DNA of 56,692 nucleotides, filler included, from Squatina squatina (Eukaryota): assembly GCA_031763465.1 (NCBI GenBank). It is 4 parts of 4 records of this genome, joined end to end, with 100 filler letters (N's around TTAATTAATTAA, not from the genome) between each part and the next. Parts side by side here need not be neighbours in the genome. Positions count along the whole stretch, not along the records: positions 16,709 to 29,516 come from JARFOE010000046.1; positions 29,617 to 43,354 come from JARFOE010000080.1; 2 more parts are not named here. One strand, written 5' to 3'. The translations under genes were made by a program, and so were the position numbers. Below are positions 24,363 through 36,549 of this stretch, in pieces (the first letter of the stretch is position 1; every line of letters starts with the position of its first letter). The notes under the pieces are model-generated. The model searched no databases. It worked only from the letters and a program-made list of their open reading frames with translations, and had not been told where the DNA came from.

Positions 24363-24712
24363 CCCTGGCCACATTTGCCAGCCTGCTGTCTGGCGTGCCG
24401 GCATTTTCAGCACCCGCACCCGGGTCCCTCGTGTTCCAGCGGCGCTGGACTGCCCTCCATTGTAAAAGCTTGTGGCCCTTCCCTTTTAAGGCAGGGGGCG
24501 GGGCCGCGACTGGCACAGGCACAGTGGTGCCACACTGCGGACACAAGCCCACAGTGACATGGCAGTGGTCGGGTCAGCGCCATGGCAACGCGTGTTTCAC
24601 ATTGCCACGTTGCGCTGACCCAGAATTCACCCTGTCTGCAGCACTGACCCGTGTGCGGCACACCCGCGGCGAGGGGGGGCCNNNNNNNNNNCTGACCAAT
24701 TGGCCCCCTTAA
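24363..24712. mobile_element. GC-rich subterminal region and terminus of a Harbinger-type element
   Basis: CpG-rich block starting at a gap and ending CAATTGGCCCCC-TTAA; internal hairpin at 24571-24621. Confidence 0.5.
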
Positions 24713-27512
24713 GTAATCTGTTTTGTTTTTTAATTTTTGAAAGCTACTTCCTTTCCTCAGTCCCACCCTCAAAGAGCTCCACTAAAATCTTATGAACTAC
24801 AGACATAAACCCATGGCCTGTCTCTCTCTCAGATGGTGCATCAGCATTGGGGCACCAGCATGTTGGCTCATCAGTCTGTTCTCATTTTTTTCTTTTTCCC
24901 CCTTTAAGTTTCACTATTACCTAAATCAGATTTAGAGAAGTGGGATTCATTTTGCAGAAATTGGCGATGTCCAGTTTTTGATAATTCTGTGATCTAAAAG
25001 CCCTACTATGTGAGATTGTAACAATCCAAGGGTTTTTATCTAAAAATCCCAATTCGGGGAATTTCCACGATGTTGGTGAAAAATTTTTTGGGGGTAGTGG
25101 GTGTCTTGGGGTGGCGGTGAGGAGATTCCAAATGTGGTCCTGCTTGTGCTGATAAGAATCTATCTGATGCCCTTTGAACCAACAAGAGCAATGTAATTGG
25201 ATCCTTAATAAATGGCATTACAGCTACTGCACTGTTACTTTCTTGTCTTTGAAGACAGAAAATTTCAGTTCTGATACCCAGCATTCATCGATGAATATTA
25301 ATTCTGAAGTGTAGAAATGAGCTGCAATAAAGAAAAATAAAATTGTAATTGTGTTCATANNNNNNNNNNNNNNNNNNNNNNNNNNNNNNNNNNNNNNNNN
25401 NNNNNNNNNNNNNNNNNNNNNNNNNNNNNNNNNNNNNNNNNNNNNNNNNNNNNNNNNNNAAAAGTTTTTGCCACGTGGTATTGCACATGAATTTCCTCCA
25501 ATAGTGAATAGTTAATTTTCAGTGTAATAATCCAGAATTGTGGCAGTATCGCTGTGATTAATACAAATGTACACATCTTATGAAATCATTTTAGTTAATC
25601 CGTACAGATTTAATTTTCAAAATGAAGTAGAGCAATTAATTGTCTGTCACCTGCTATTCTCGTGCGCCTCTCGAGGCTAAACCCTGTGTGTGTGTTTGTG
25701 TCTGAGAGCTCAAGCAACTGGACCTGTTAGTTCAGTGGACACTGGATGGCCAATGGTGCTTCATAAGTTGTTTTCTTTACATCTACTGTTTATTTCTCTG
25801 CTCTGCCCTGCCTTGTATGTGATCTACAGAGGTTGGGCCTTTATTGTTTGTGGAAATTGCTATTACCATTTGTTGAAGCAGCAGGGGTCCTACAAGGCAA
25901 AAAAAAAACAGTGATGTGGTCACTTGGGCATATAGACAACCATCTTAAGAGGTTTTTATAGGTTTAATATTTCGTTTGAAAATGTCACACATTAATCTTT
26001 TGGTGTGATTTGGCATAGTTGGAAAAGAAGGGGTGGGAGGGGGAGAGAGTGGCATCCAGCTTTGGAAAGTTTAAATCATAGTCACACCACATTTGTCTTC
26101 TACACTGTATTGATAAGCTGCAGCTGCCAGATTGCAGTTGAAGGCTGAAGCTGGTATGCAGGCAGAATTGTCGACTTCAGAGCAATTTAACCATGCTTTT
26201 TGAACCAACCGAAGCTGTGAGGTCATTTTCGGCAGGAAATGCACATGCCTTGCTCCTGGTGAGCAGACGGCCAATTTCAATGCTGCCTTTCATATTTAGA
26301 GAATGGAAGGGAAAAAGCTGTAAAAGAGGAAGCATGAGTCTGGGAAAGAAACGTTGAGACACAAACCATGTTTCTGGCCTAAAGCAAGTTACTTCGTTGC
26401 AAAGCAACTTGCAATGGTTTTGAAGTGGAACTTTATTTTTGCAACATTTTTTTCCAGAGAACGGCTTTATTTTTTTTGGAAGCCTGTTATCAAGCGCAGC
26501 AGAATTAAGAAGACCGGACGTTGGAGTACAACAGTAATATCTGTTAACTGACATCTACGGTACAACCCAGCCTCAGGACAGAGTTGGTTAATGTACTTCG
26601 ACTATGTTACATGACAGGAAGCTGTTTTCTGCGAGCATGGTACTTTAACTTGTCAACTTAGAGTCCACATAATCTAGAAAATACACCTTAAGTTCTGCAG
26701 TTACTGGTATGTTTTACTTTTAAGGCCTGATGTGTTTTTCTGCAGTGAAAGTGTCGGTTGCAGTTTTTAACATTTTATTTCCGCAGATTCCCTCAGTAAA
26801 CAATTGTAAGGGTAAATTTGCTGTGTATGTCGGTGATGAGGTTGAAAAGAAGTTCTCTGATTTTGTGAAAATAATAAAACTAAATGTTTTGTTTTTATGA
26901 ACCTGTCATTGAGTCAGAGTTCTTTTGAATGATTAACTGTGCAGTGAGGTTGTTTAAATCATTGTTTATTACAGAGCATTTTTAAGTAATTGGTCAGCAG
27001 CTTGTAATTTAATTTTTTTGTAACTGCAGTATTTCTTTTTGAAACCAATACAAATTGTTTGAAATTGTATATGCTGTAGGATTGTACTCAAAGTAGTAAT
27101 NNNNNNNNNNNNNNNNNNNNNNNNNNNNNNNNNNNNNNNNNNNNNNNNNNNNNNNNNNNNNNNNNNNNNNNNNNNNNNNNNNNNNNNNNNNNNNNNNNNN
27201 GTTTGTGCCCTTCCGACTCTGGCATTGTAATCGCCAAGGAGAATCAGCTTGTCTCCCTTTGGGACGCGGGACAGGGGTTACATTGGGTGGCTGGAAAGTC
27301 ATATCTTCCAGCTGTCAACCTCTGAAAGCAGGATCCCCAATAATATAGAACAGGTGAGAAACCATATCAAGCAGGCGTGCCTCGTGCTGTATTTATAAGC
27401 CTTGGCTCTGACCGTATACATGTTCAGTACAAATATTGTGACCGTGGATAACTCACATCATTGATTTAATTAATTTATTGTAAACATTTTCCTTTTTCTT
27501 TACCTGTTCCAG

Positions 27513-27588
27513 TTTTGGCAAGCAGTCTGCAGGAAGCCTGAGACGAGGCTGTGAATGTATCGTTTTGGAAACTTCAGAAATGATTGTG
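27513..27588 (+). CDS. RAPGEF6: PDZ-GEF (RAPGEF6-like) N-terminal exon
   Basis: Acceptor tttacctgttccag and donor GTG|gtaaga, 76 nt. (S)FGKQSAGSLRRGCECIVLETSEMIV matches the end of the first cNMP-like region of RAPGEF2/6. Confidence 0.8.
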
Positions 27589-28397
27589 GTAAGAACCATC
27601 TCTAATATATGGTCTTTTATCCAATGAGCTCAGACATTCAGTGTTGTGTATTGTAGAGCATGTTATACTTATTTAATGTAATGACAGCTTGTAGTTCTGC
27701 TGCCTTCACAGACTTTAAGGAAAGCTGCTAAATGAGCCAGCTCTCAGTAAGATTTGCTGATGGAATAAATTTGCTAAGTTCATAAAATAAAGTAATAGGG
27801 GGGAAATTATCTTGATAAAGCCAACAACTTTTTTCAGTTTTACAATTTCGAAGTGCATGTGCACTGGAATATCTTTTTTGAAGAGGGAAAGTTGTGGAAA
27901 CAACACAAGATCAAACATCCAAGCTGGAGGCTGTGTGTTTATGCTGCTAAAGTAAATAACCTGTGTTTAAAATTAACCCTTTTCAACTAAAAAAAAAGTG
28001 CAAAGTGGTTGCTTCTCATTGAAAATTTGGAATATTAATTACAGCTTATTCAATTGTTTTGAGAAGTATGTGACAAAAGTTAATCCAAGTACTTAATGCT
28101 TTTTTAAATGTAATTTTTTTCAAATTCAGATTTTAACATGCATTTCTTGAGGATGATTATACTCAGGTGGTCTTGCCTGTCTCAGCATTAACTCCTCATC
28201 TGGTGTTGAGGCAGAGGTGCGAGACGGTGACATCCCCNNNNNNNNNNNNNNNNNNNNNNNNNNNNNNNNNNNNNNNNNNNNNNNNNNNNNNNNNNNNNNN
28301 NNNNNNNNNNNNNNNNNNNNNNNNNNNNNNNNNNNNNAGATTTTCTGTGATATGGAAGAACTGGATGTTCAATCAGGATCCTGAACATATATTTCAG

Positions 28398-28568
28398 GTT
28401 GAAAATGTCAGTGAGACTGAAGAGAAAAATCTACAGAGGGAAGTTGCTAACCGGCAGTCTCGTCGGTGCTTCAGGAAGATCAACCTGAAAGGAGAGCGGC
28501 AAACAATCACAGACAATGTGGATTCCTACCATACTGACCGACCTCAGCAGACCAGCACTTATCACATG
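28398..28568 (+). CDS. RAPGEF6: PDZ-GEF (RAPGEF6-like) next exon
   Basis: tttcag| and ATG|gtaaag, 171 nt, phase 0-0, in frame with the previous exon. VENVSETEEKNLQREVANRQSRRCFRKINLKGERQTITDNVDSYHTDRPQQTSTYHM. VEN, LQRE and QTITD favour RAPGEF6 over RAPGEF2. Confidence 0.8.
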
Positions 28569-29265
28569 GTAAAGCCATTTCTTGTAACATACTTTGTGTG
28601 GTTTTTTTTTTTATGAACTGTTAGATAAGTTTAAAAATTAACATTAAAGATTGTGGTCGGTTTACAACTTTAAACTGAACTTTGCAGCTAAGTCAAAGTA
28701 GAATTAGTAAAATTATCATCCAGTTTAAACGAAGTGTGTTTGTACTGAAAGTGCAGTTAGATTTCAAAGAGTAACTCTTCAAGCATACACTGTAGAAATA
28801 GCAGCTGCTTTTTTAAGTGTCAATCAAGATAAACATCCAGATAGACATTTCGGCAGTATGACTAATTTCACAGGTCATCTGATCATTTGTGGGGTTTTCT
28901 ACTTTTAAACAACATTTCCTTAGCTTCACATTTATGTACATCCGTTGGTTCTTAGTTTTTCCAATTTCAGTCTAAATTGCAAGAGCGGATTGTACAAATA
29001 TGTTGAATGATTGATGGAGTGGGACAATAGTGAGTTCCTTGTGGAAAAGTAGCAGTGTAGTTAGAGAGGGAGGAGGCAGATAGTGAGTTAGTGTACAGCA
29101 CAAGAGACTGGGATATGCCTGGGCTTCACTTGGCACCACCCGCCAGAGAGGAGTGTTGTCCTGGGCAGCTTTTGCACTCGCTTAAATGATGGCAGAGGTC
29201 TGGGCTACTATATACCAGAGGTGGGCAGAACATTAGAGGGCAATATACCTTGTAAAGATTTTTTT

Positions 29266-29516
29266 AAACTTGCATTGATATTGTATCTTTTGCGTCCACA
29301 AAATGTTTACAGCCAATGATTTACTTATGTAGGTAAATACAGCAGGCAATTTGTGCTCAGCAAAGTCCCACAAATAGCAGTGAATTAAATGGTTGAGGGA
29401 TAAATGATGGTCAGGACACCTGGAAAATTCCCTTGCTCTTCTTTGAATAATGCAATAGGATCTTCTATTTATACCTGAGCTGGCAAATGGGGCATTGATT
29501 TTAACGTTTCATCTGA
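29266..29516 (-). mobile_element. SacSINE1/Deu-domain SINE fragment
   Basis: Reverse complement TCAGATGAAACGTTAAA...CTCAGGTATAAATAGAAGATCCTATTGCATTATTCAAAGAAGAGCAAGGG...GGTGTCCTGACCA.CATTTATCCCTCAACC, similar to the copy at 30265. Confidence 0.8.
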
Positions 29517-29616
29517 NNNNNNNNNNNNNNNNNNNNNNNNNNNNNNNNNNNNNNNNNNNNTTAATTAATTAANNNNNNNNNNNNNNNNNNNNNNNNNNNN
29601 NNNNNNNNNNNNNNNN
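29517..29616. other. Artificial scaffold linker
   Basis: N44-TTAATTAATTAA(29561-72)-N44. Confidence 0.97.
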
Positions 29617-29859
29617 CACACTTCAGGTAGCGAGAAGTTTAGGAAGGAAATCTGACAGAAAAGGTGCAAAACTTCCTGGTGAACTGGAGGAGGATGACTT
29701 TCTTAATGCCAGAGTCTATCTTCTACAACAGTAATATATGAGTAGGCAGCCAGTCTTCTTTAAAATAAAGACTGAAACAGCACTGCTAGAGTCATTGCTA
29801 CTTAAGGCAGAGCTCCATGTTTATTCCCAGAACACAATATTTCCATTTCTATAATCCCA

Positions 29860-29975
29860 AAAGCCCCAGTGATCATGATTGTGATCCCTGATTGATTTCC
29901 CCTCTCCTATCAGGCACTGAGACAAATAATAGGGTCCCTACTACCATCCCAGTTGGAGGTCATCAAGTGCAGCAA
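29860..29975 (-). mobile_element. Old SINE-like repeat, family A (copy 4)
   Basis: Reverse complement ggtagtagggaccctattatttgtctcagtgcctgataggagaggggaaatcaatcagggatc...catgatcactggg. Confidence 0.55.
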
Positions 29976-30264
29976 ATGGAGATGAGGAATACACTTTGAG
30001 TCCTACTTTTTCAGATTATATTATTACTTGGAATTCTAGCTATTATCTTGGGAATTCAGATGCAGGGCTAACTAGCATATTCTGTGCCAGGATTGTTGGA
30101 GAATTTATTAGGTCATGGCAAAGTTTTGGCTTGTTCATTATTGTCTCGCCACACTTTCTCCAGGTCAACCACAAAGGTCAATTCCATGACAGCTATCTTT
30201 CTTACGGTTGTCTCCAGCTGCACCTCCATATAGGATAGTTGAAATTAAGTAAAATACAAAAAAT

Positions 30265-30596
30265 AATTTGCATTTATTCAGTGCTTTTCACAACCTCAGG
30301 ACATTGCAAAGTGCTTTACAGCCAGTGAAGTACTTTTAAAGTGCAGTCACTGTTGTAANNNNNNNNNNTTTGAATTGTGGTCATCATAGTAATGTAGGAA
30401 ACGTGACAGCTAATTTTGTGCACCGCAAAGTTCCACAAACAGCAATGAGATAAAATACCAAACAATCTGATTTAGTGATGTCTGTTCATGGATAAATATT
30501 GGCCAGGACACCGTGCAGAGCTCCCCTGCTCTTCTTCGAATAGTGCCATCAATCTTTTACATGCACCTCAGAGGGTTTAATATCTCATCTGAAAGA
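30265..30596 (-). mobile_element. SacSINE1/Deu-domain SINE body with L2-type tail
   Basis: Reverse complement has GGCACTATTCGAAGAAGAGCAGGGGAG...GGTGTCCTGGCCAATATTTATCC...ATTGCTGTTTGTGG...GTTTCCTACATTAC...GGCTGTAAAGCACTTTG...TAAATGCAA. Confidence 0.85.
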
Positions 30597-30624
30597 ATGA
30601 CCCCAATAAGTCAGCTGGTTACTG

Positions 30625-30915
30625 TAGTGAGTAGCTGAACTATACAGACCAGAAGATTCAAAGGTTTGACCCCCCAGCTTGTGCTGGGTTTGATAACCTC
30701 AGCTGAGGTAGTGGTTGAGCTATAATAATTTGTTGTATTACTCTTGGAGGGTAAGAAGAAATTCAAGCAGGGTTCCTGTTCCAGTGATCCAGGTTGGAAG
30801 TGTACATATCTGGCTGTCGGTGAGGATAAGATCAAATTAGTTTTGAAGTGTGCTGCAGCTGAATGGCTTTTCAATGCTCACGGACTCTGGTCAAATGTGG
30901 CCATTTGACATGAAG
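30625..30915 (+). mobile_element. Old SINE-like repeat, family A (copy 5, most complete)
   Basis: ctgaactatacagaccagaag..aaGGTTTGACCCC (B-box-like)...aaattcaagcagggttcctg..ccagtgatcc..gttggaagtg..cggtgaggataagatc. Confidence 0.65.
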
Positions 30916-31869
30916 GTCGAATTAGTAAAGAGAACATTTAATAGAGTCAATAGATCAGAGGGCCCCAGCATGAATGCCCAGTCTGTACCAGGTTGGGGAA
31001 ACAGCAGGAGTGTGAGGATCCCCTGGACAGGAATGGGAGAATCGGCCCTGTTTTTTGCTGCTGATTGCTGGCCAATGAGGAGGAAGACTTTGATCCATGA
31101 AGGTTTTAAAGTTATTGCAGGATTTCAAATAAGCCCTAACATTTCACATTTGGCTTTTTATCTTATAGGGTCACAGTTCACAATGTGTGATTACAAGAGT
31201 CTCATTTTATATGTGGGGTGAAGACCCTCAGCATTATTTTAACATTTTTCCCATTTGTAATATGACTGTATGGAAGGAGCAAGTTACAATGGTTAATTTA
31301 CGTGGATTGGAAGCCTTTACATTACACAACCTTGAACTGTGACCCAGTGAAGATAAAAACCCATGTGTGTTATTGTGCACTGCTAGCTCTTATTTGAAAT
31401 ACTTATCTTATGTAGAGTTGAGATAAGACACTTTAGAAACATTCTTTTATGTCTGCTCAGGATTTAGAGACTAAAGATCGGATCAGCAATCCTGCAAAGC
31501 TGTACTGAAATTACATAAGGCTAACATTCCTCTTGTTGCAAATTTAAGCAGAAAAGCAGGCATTACTAAAAAGTGCAATTGCAGGAGAAAGTGTCAACAG
31601 ACTATTCATCCATGTTTAGTACTAACCTGAGATTTTGGGGTAGAAAGTGGAACTTGTTACACTTATTTTGCAGGTGCAAAGCAGCACAAAGAGAGCCATT
31701 TTCAGAGACCAATATCCTGCACCGGTATTGGGGCAGCACATTTTTCAGGCTAAGAAGTGGCCTAACATCTGTTTTAGGACCCCTCTGGGAAATTAGGCTG
31801 CTGTGAACTGAGCAGGTGCCTGCTGAGGTAAATCCAGGGCACTACTTCATGGTAAACCAAGACACTGGA

Positions 31870-32100
31870 ACAAGGCAAAATAGGCTGACATCAGTGAAAG
31901 ATCAATTTAGGTTTGATGTCAGGAAGAACCACCTCATGTAAGGGGCAGTCAACACTTGGAACGGTCTTCTGGGTAGGGTAATGGGGCAAAAGGTCAGAGT
32001 AATTTGATGTGACAGGGACAGTTAGAAAATGTGATAGCGACATTGTATGTGGTTCTCCTAAAAGGATGAGCCAAGGTGGACTCAAAGGCCTCCCTCAACT
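31870..32100 (+). mobile_element. Old CR1 LINE 3' end
   Basis: Decayed F.FDVRKN....RAVNTWNGL...V pattern followed by the gatgagccaaggtggactcaaaggcctccctc tail. Confidence 0.6.
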
Positions 32101-33398
32101 ATATTGATCTGTGGTAAGTAAAATTCAGTCACTGATTAGTTAGAAACTGATCCTAAACACTAGTTAGTCAGCAGACTGAACATTAATGATTGACATTGTC
32201 ATGTCATCAGAACAAGGAGGTCANNNNNNNNNNATTCAGAAGCCTGATGAAATAATCTACTGGCAGGCATATCAAAAAGAGTCAATGGTGACCCAGTGGT
32301 TAACTTGCAGTCACATGGATGATTAGAAATGCAATGACATCATCACATCACTGATTCTCTCATAGCACCTTCCTTTGTATACAAACTTGATAAGGTCTTC
32401 TCATCAGATTTTATTATAAAAAGGAAATACTTTACTGTATCAATTTTTATTTGCATAAAATAAGGAAGTCTATGAGTGTGTGCACATCAATTATAATCAG
32501 CTTAGTTTCAAGTGGTTTAATTATACACTGATTCAAATTCAAATCACTAATCGCAGATGCAATCAAACATGAATTTGTCGAATTTAAGTCAATCAATTGT
32601 ATTGTATACAGTTGCATGAAAGCAGTTCATTTTTNNNNNNNNNNNNNNNNNNNNNNNNNNNNNTAGTTATATTTAACATATGTCAGTGTGGTAAAATCAA
32701 GCTGACTGGGAACAGTGAAAGGGTTAATGATGAGTTAAGTTGGAGAATACTGAGCATCCTGTAAATATCTCATTAAGGGTATGAGGAACAAGGTAGCAAT
32801 CTGTAAATGCCTCGATAAAGGGTATGCAGTTGATGGAGATTACAGCTGTCCTTAAAGTGCCTCATTAAGGTCAGATATAAATACCAGCTAAAATGAAAGC
32901 TCAAGTTAGTTTCTTGACGTTGTTGAAAGAGGAATGTTGGCTGTGCTTGAATGTGATTTGTGTTATTGCAGAGCAAGTTCAGTTAGAGGAGTTATGTACA
33001 TTTAGCAATTATTTTTTGGAGGTTTATTACAACATTTAAACCTATGTAATTGGATCAGTGTTCAGTTCTTTAAACCTTGTTTCAGTACAGTCATGGAAGT
33101 ACATTACTTATACCCCATCTCTGGCAGAATTTCAATAAGTTTATCACACTCCTGACTAGCATCTAATCCTTAAGTTCTTGGTTAGTGCAGCCCTACTTAA
33201 AACTGTGTGCCATAGGGCTAACCTTCTCAATGGGGTTTTGAAACTTAAGGAATAAAATTGGATTAATGCAGGAAAATTTGAATTTGCCCAGTCCTCTCNN
33301 NNNNNNNNNNNNNNNNNNNNNNNNNNNNNNNNNNNNNNNNNNNNNNNNNNNNNNNNNNNNNNNNNNNNNNNNNNNNNNNNNNNNNNNNNNNNNNNNNN

Positions 33399-33730
33399 TC
33401 ATAAAGATGTGCGCCAACCCGCACCGCGCAGCCACAACGCCCTTCGCGCTCCATTTGCGTCCCGTGGGTGAACGTGGTGTGGTTACAGCGACAGTAAAGC
33501 CTGTCGCTGCAACGGGCCCATTAAAAGGGTCGCCATTATTATTTATCGTCCGACTTCCTAGTTGGCTGACAAATGGCAGCCCCTTGGCCAGATCGGGCCA
33601 TTATCGCCTCGCCTGGCACTGGCTGGTGGCCCGGTCACCAGCAGCCCTGGTGGCCCAGTGGAGGGCTGCGGGGCACCATCAGGATGGCTGGTAGCCCTCC
33701 CCTTTACAGCGCACAGTGCCCACCTCAGAA
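33399..33730. mobile_element. GC-rich subterminal region of a probable Harbinger-type element
   Basis: CpG-rich block starting at a gap, with a TTAAAAGGG/CCCTTTA motif like the block at 24363 and a hairpin at 33482-33513. Confidence 0.45.
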
Positions 33731-34659
33731 CGTGTAATACTCATGGCTTGTGGGTTGGAGGAGGAAATGGAGTTAATTAGGTGCTAAGGTTGGAAATTGG
33801 TGTTGGCCTCTTAATGACATCAAGCTACCCTTGATTTGAATGTACTGATGAGCCTCCTGACTGTTTCAGACAGGAGCTTCTAGTCCCCTGTCCCTTTCAA
33901 GCCTGGAAATACTTGTCATGCACAAACAGGACAAGACCCTGGCATTACTGACCTCTGCCCCTTCTTTGTCTCCTTAACACTTTGGGAATTGATGCACACA
34001 GGGTGTTAGGCAAAGTAAAATAAGTCACTGCATGTGGCAATGAGACTTTATGGTATGCAACTACAGATTTATGAGAATAAACAGTTTGGACAGCCTTGTG
34101 TGAAAGGTTTTTTAAAAAGTGCAAAATGATTCCTTGTGACATATTCAAAGCAACCCACAATACCAATGTCTACAGCTCCACATCAAAAATTTGTTTATAT
34201 TGTCCAGCAACATAATTCACAATGCATCAGGCCAGGCCCTCAGGCCAGATTACAACGAGTGCTAGGAACAGAATGCAAGAAATCTTCAACTTCAATCCTA
34301 GGCTGCAGGCCTCCATTCAATGACACTCTTTAAAATGGCTGCATATTGTGACAACCCAAAACGGGCTGACTGCCCAATGTATTTCATTGAACGCCACTAA
34401 TCTTGCAATGCTCGGCATTTAAATGCCAAATATTGTGATATTAATTCATATTCATTTTCAGATAATTATTTTAAAATAATATTCAATTTTGACTCCAACC
34501 AAGACCCTTTATATGGGACATGCCCCAGATTTTAGTGTGATCTGACATGCAGCCAAGACTTGCACCTCACCACATATAATATAGTGTCTAACTTTTCGTC
34601 CAATTTTTTGTCGAATGGGATCACACTGAGACCAATCTGCTGTCATGAATGTATACATT

Positions 34660-34812
34660 AAACATGGGCAGTAAGCTGGTGGAATGGATCACCTGTCATT
34701 ATAGAACCCATCTGATTTTCATTCTGTTGAAATTAATGAAATAAAATCGAATGTAATCTGTAACAGACAAGCAACCAGATGATGACCCTTGCAGTGAAGA
34801 TATAAATTTACC
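34660..34812. mobile_element. Degenerate foldback MITE
   Basis: ttatagaacccatctgattttcatt-(ctgttgaaattaatg)-aaataaaatcgaatgtaatctgtaa, an imperfect palindrome. A similar ccattgacttca centre occurs near 4243. Confidence 0.45.
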
Positions 34813-36549
34813 ATTTTTATCTGGATATCCCTTGTAGAAATGCCAAAGATCTAAATTAGTCTTGTCCACTGTGGGGTGTGTATTCCTTCATCCTAATTAC
34901 ATTATTAAGTTCTTGAACAGCATAATCTAAAACCATCACACTTGTTTCATTGGAACTTTCAAAGCTGGAACAAAACATAACAGAACATGGTCAATATTCA
35001 CGGTACAATTGATGGTATTCCTACACTGATAATGATCATGATAATAGATGCCATTAATAATGCTGCAATCACTACAGTGCTCTTTTGAATTATCTGCGCT
35101 ACGTTACATTTGTTTACATTCGTGAGAGAGTCTCCTGTAATTTTTAAGGATAAAAATTGCATGGAGGAATTTGAAAAGGGCAGACATTTCGATCTCTCTT
35201 TGAAGGTATTCCTGGCTAATGTAGCAGTGTAATGAATGTTGACTTTATGAGTCCATCAGCTCAAATCTGAATCATTAACAAGCATGGACTAAAATCCAGT
35301 TTCTCTGCATGAGCTCAGGTAATGTCAATCTAGCTGAAACTCTCCTGAAGCTGGTTGGAAAGTATTCTGAATGTTTGGACTTCAGATTATCCTTTAAAGG
35401 GGCCACTGCCTAATACAAAAAGAATATATGAATACAGAAGCTCTGCCATCTCTATGATGTGAATATCATGTGCACAAGAAGCTGAACTTCTATTTCAAAT
35501 GAGAAGGGGTTTACCAATCATCTTTACTTCTTTATCACTTTTTTTGGTTTCCCCTTTATTTGGAAGCACTGCTAATCAAGGTTACAAGAGTGGGGAGTAT
35601 TTTTATGAGATGTTTAGTTTTTTGTTAGCTTGTGGTGATTTACTTCCAACCAAGCTTGAATTTATCCAGATATGGGTAGCTGTATTTGTTAACATGTTGA
35701 AGCTATCATATAACTCTACTAAAATCCCAGGCTGGAGTAAATCGCTTAAAGAACACTTGTTCAAAAAAGTAGAAACGGTTGACAAAAAGAACTGTCTTAA
35801 ATTGATTCACAATTAGACTGACTTGGTCTCTAACCTACATAATAGAATGTGAAATTTAAAGATAGTAAATAGAATGAAAATATAGAACTAAGATGTAAAC
35901 TTTTGTATGTCTATTTGTCATCTTCATACAATTTTTTTATACTGACCTTGTATCAACATTTATGGAATATGTTGAAAATTATGTGGTGAGGTAGCAATGT
36001 TATGCAAAAAATGTGAACTGTAAATTAAGTACCATGCTTTACACACTACCCGAAGCTGCATTAACACTTCGGTTCAGTATAAGTAGATGCTGATTTCCTC
36101 ATTTNNNNNNNNNNNNNNNNNNNNNNNNNNNNNNNNNNNNNNNNNNNNNNNNNNNNNNNNNNNNNNNNNNNNNNNNNNNNNNNNNNNNNNNNNNNNNNNN
36201 NNNNCCCTTTTCTTTGAGCCTCACTGCTGTCTCCTGAGCATCTTAGTGCACTTTATAACCTAAAGCTGTTAGCTCTGCACTTTCACTAAAGCCTTAGAGA
36301 GAGCTGAGAGATTACACGCCGAAAACAAAGGTAAGTGCATCCAGCCACCCTTGTAATCTTTGTGTAAATCATGATCAATCTTTTATAAAATATGATAAAT
36401 TAATGCTTACTAATGTGTTGTAAGATCATCCAATATATCTTTTTTGTGAAATGTGAGACACTATTTTTGCAAGGCACAGTTTGATTTGGAAGTGTGCAGT
36501 GTTTGAGGATTCATTGGACAGTTTTGTTGCCTGTTTGGAGTTCTGTGCA

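Noticed and set aside
26330-26590. Possible alternative first exon of RAPGEF6 (ORF 26354-26551)
   Set aside because: No homology, early stops after the ATGs and no convincing donor.
32663-32727. CAGTGAAAGGG-TTAA as a piggyBac-like terminus
   Set aside because: Only one short end is visible next to a gap and no partner TIR was found.
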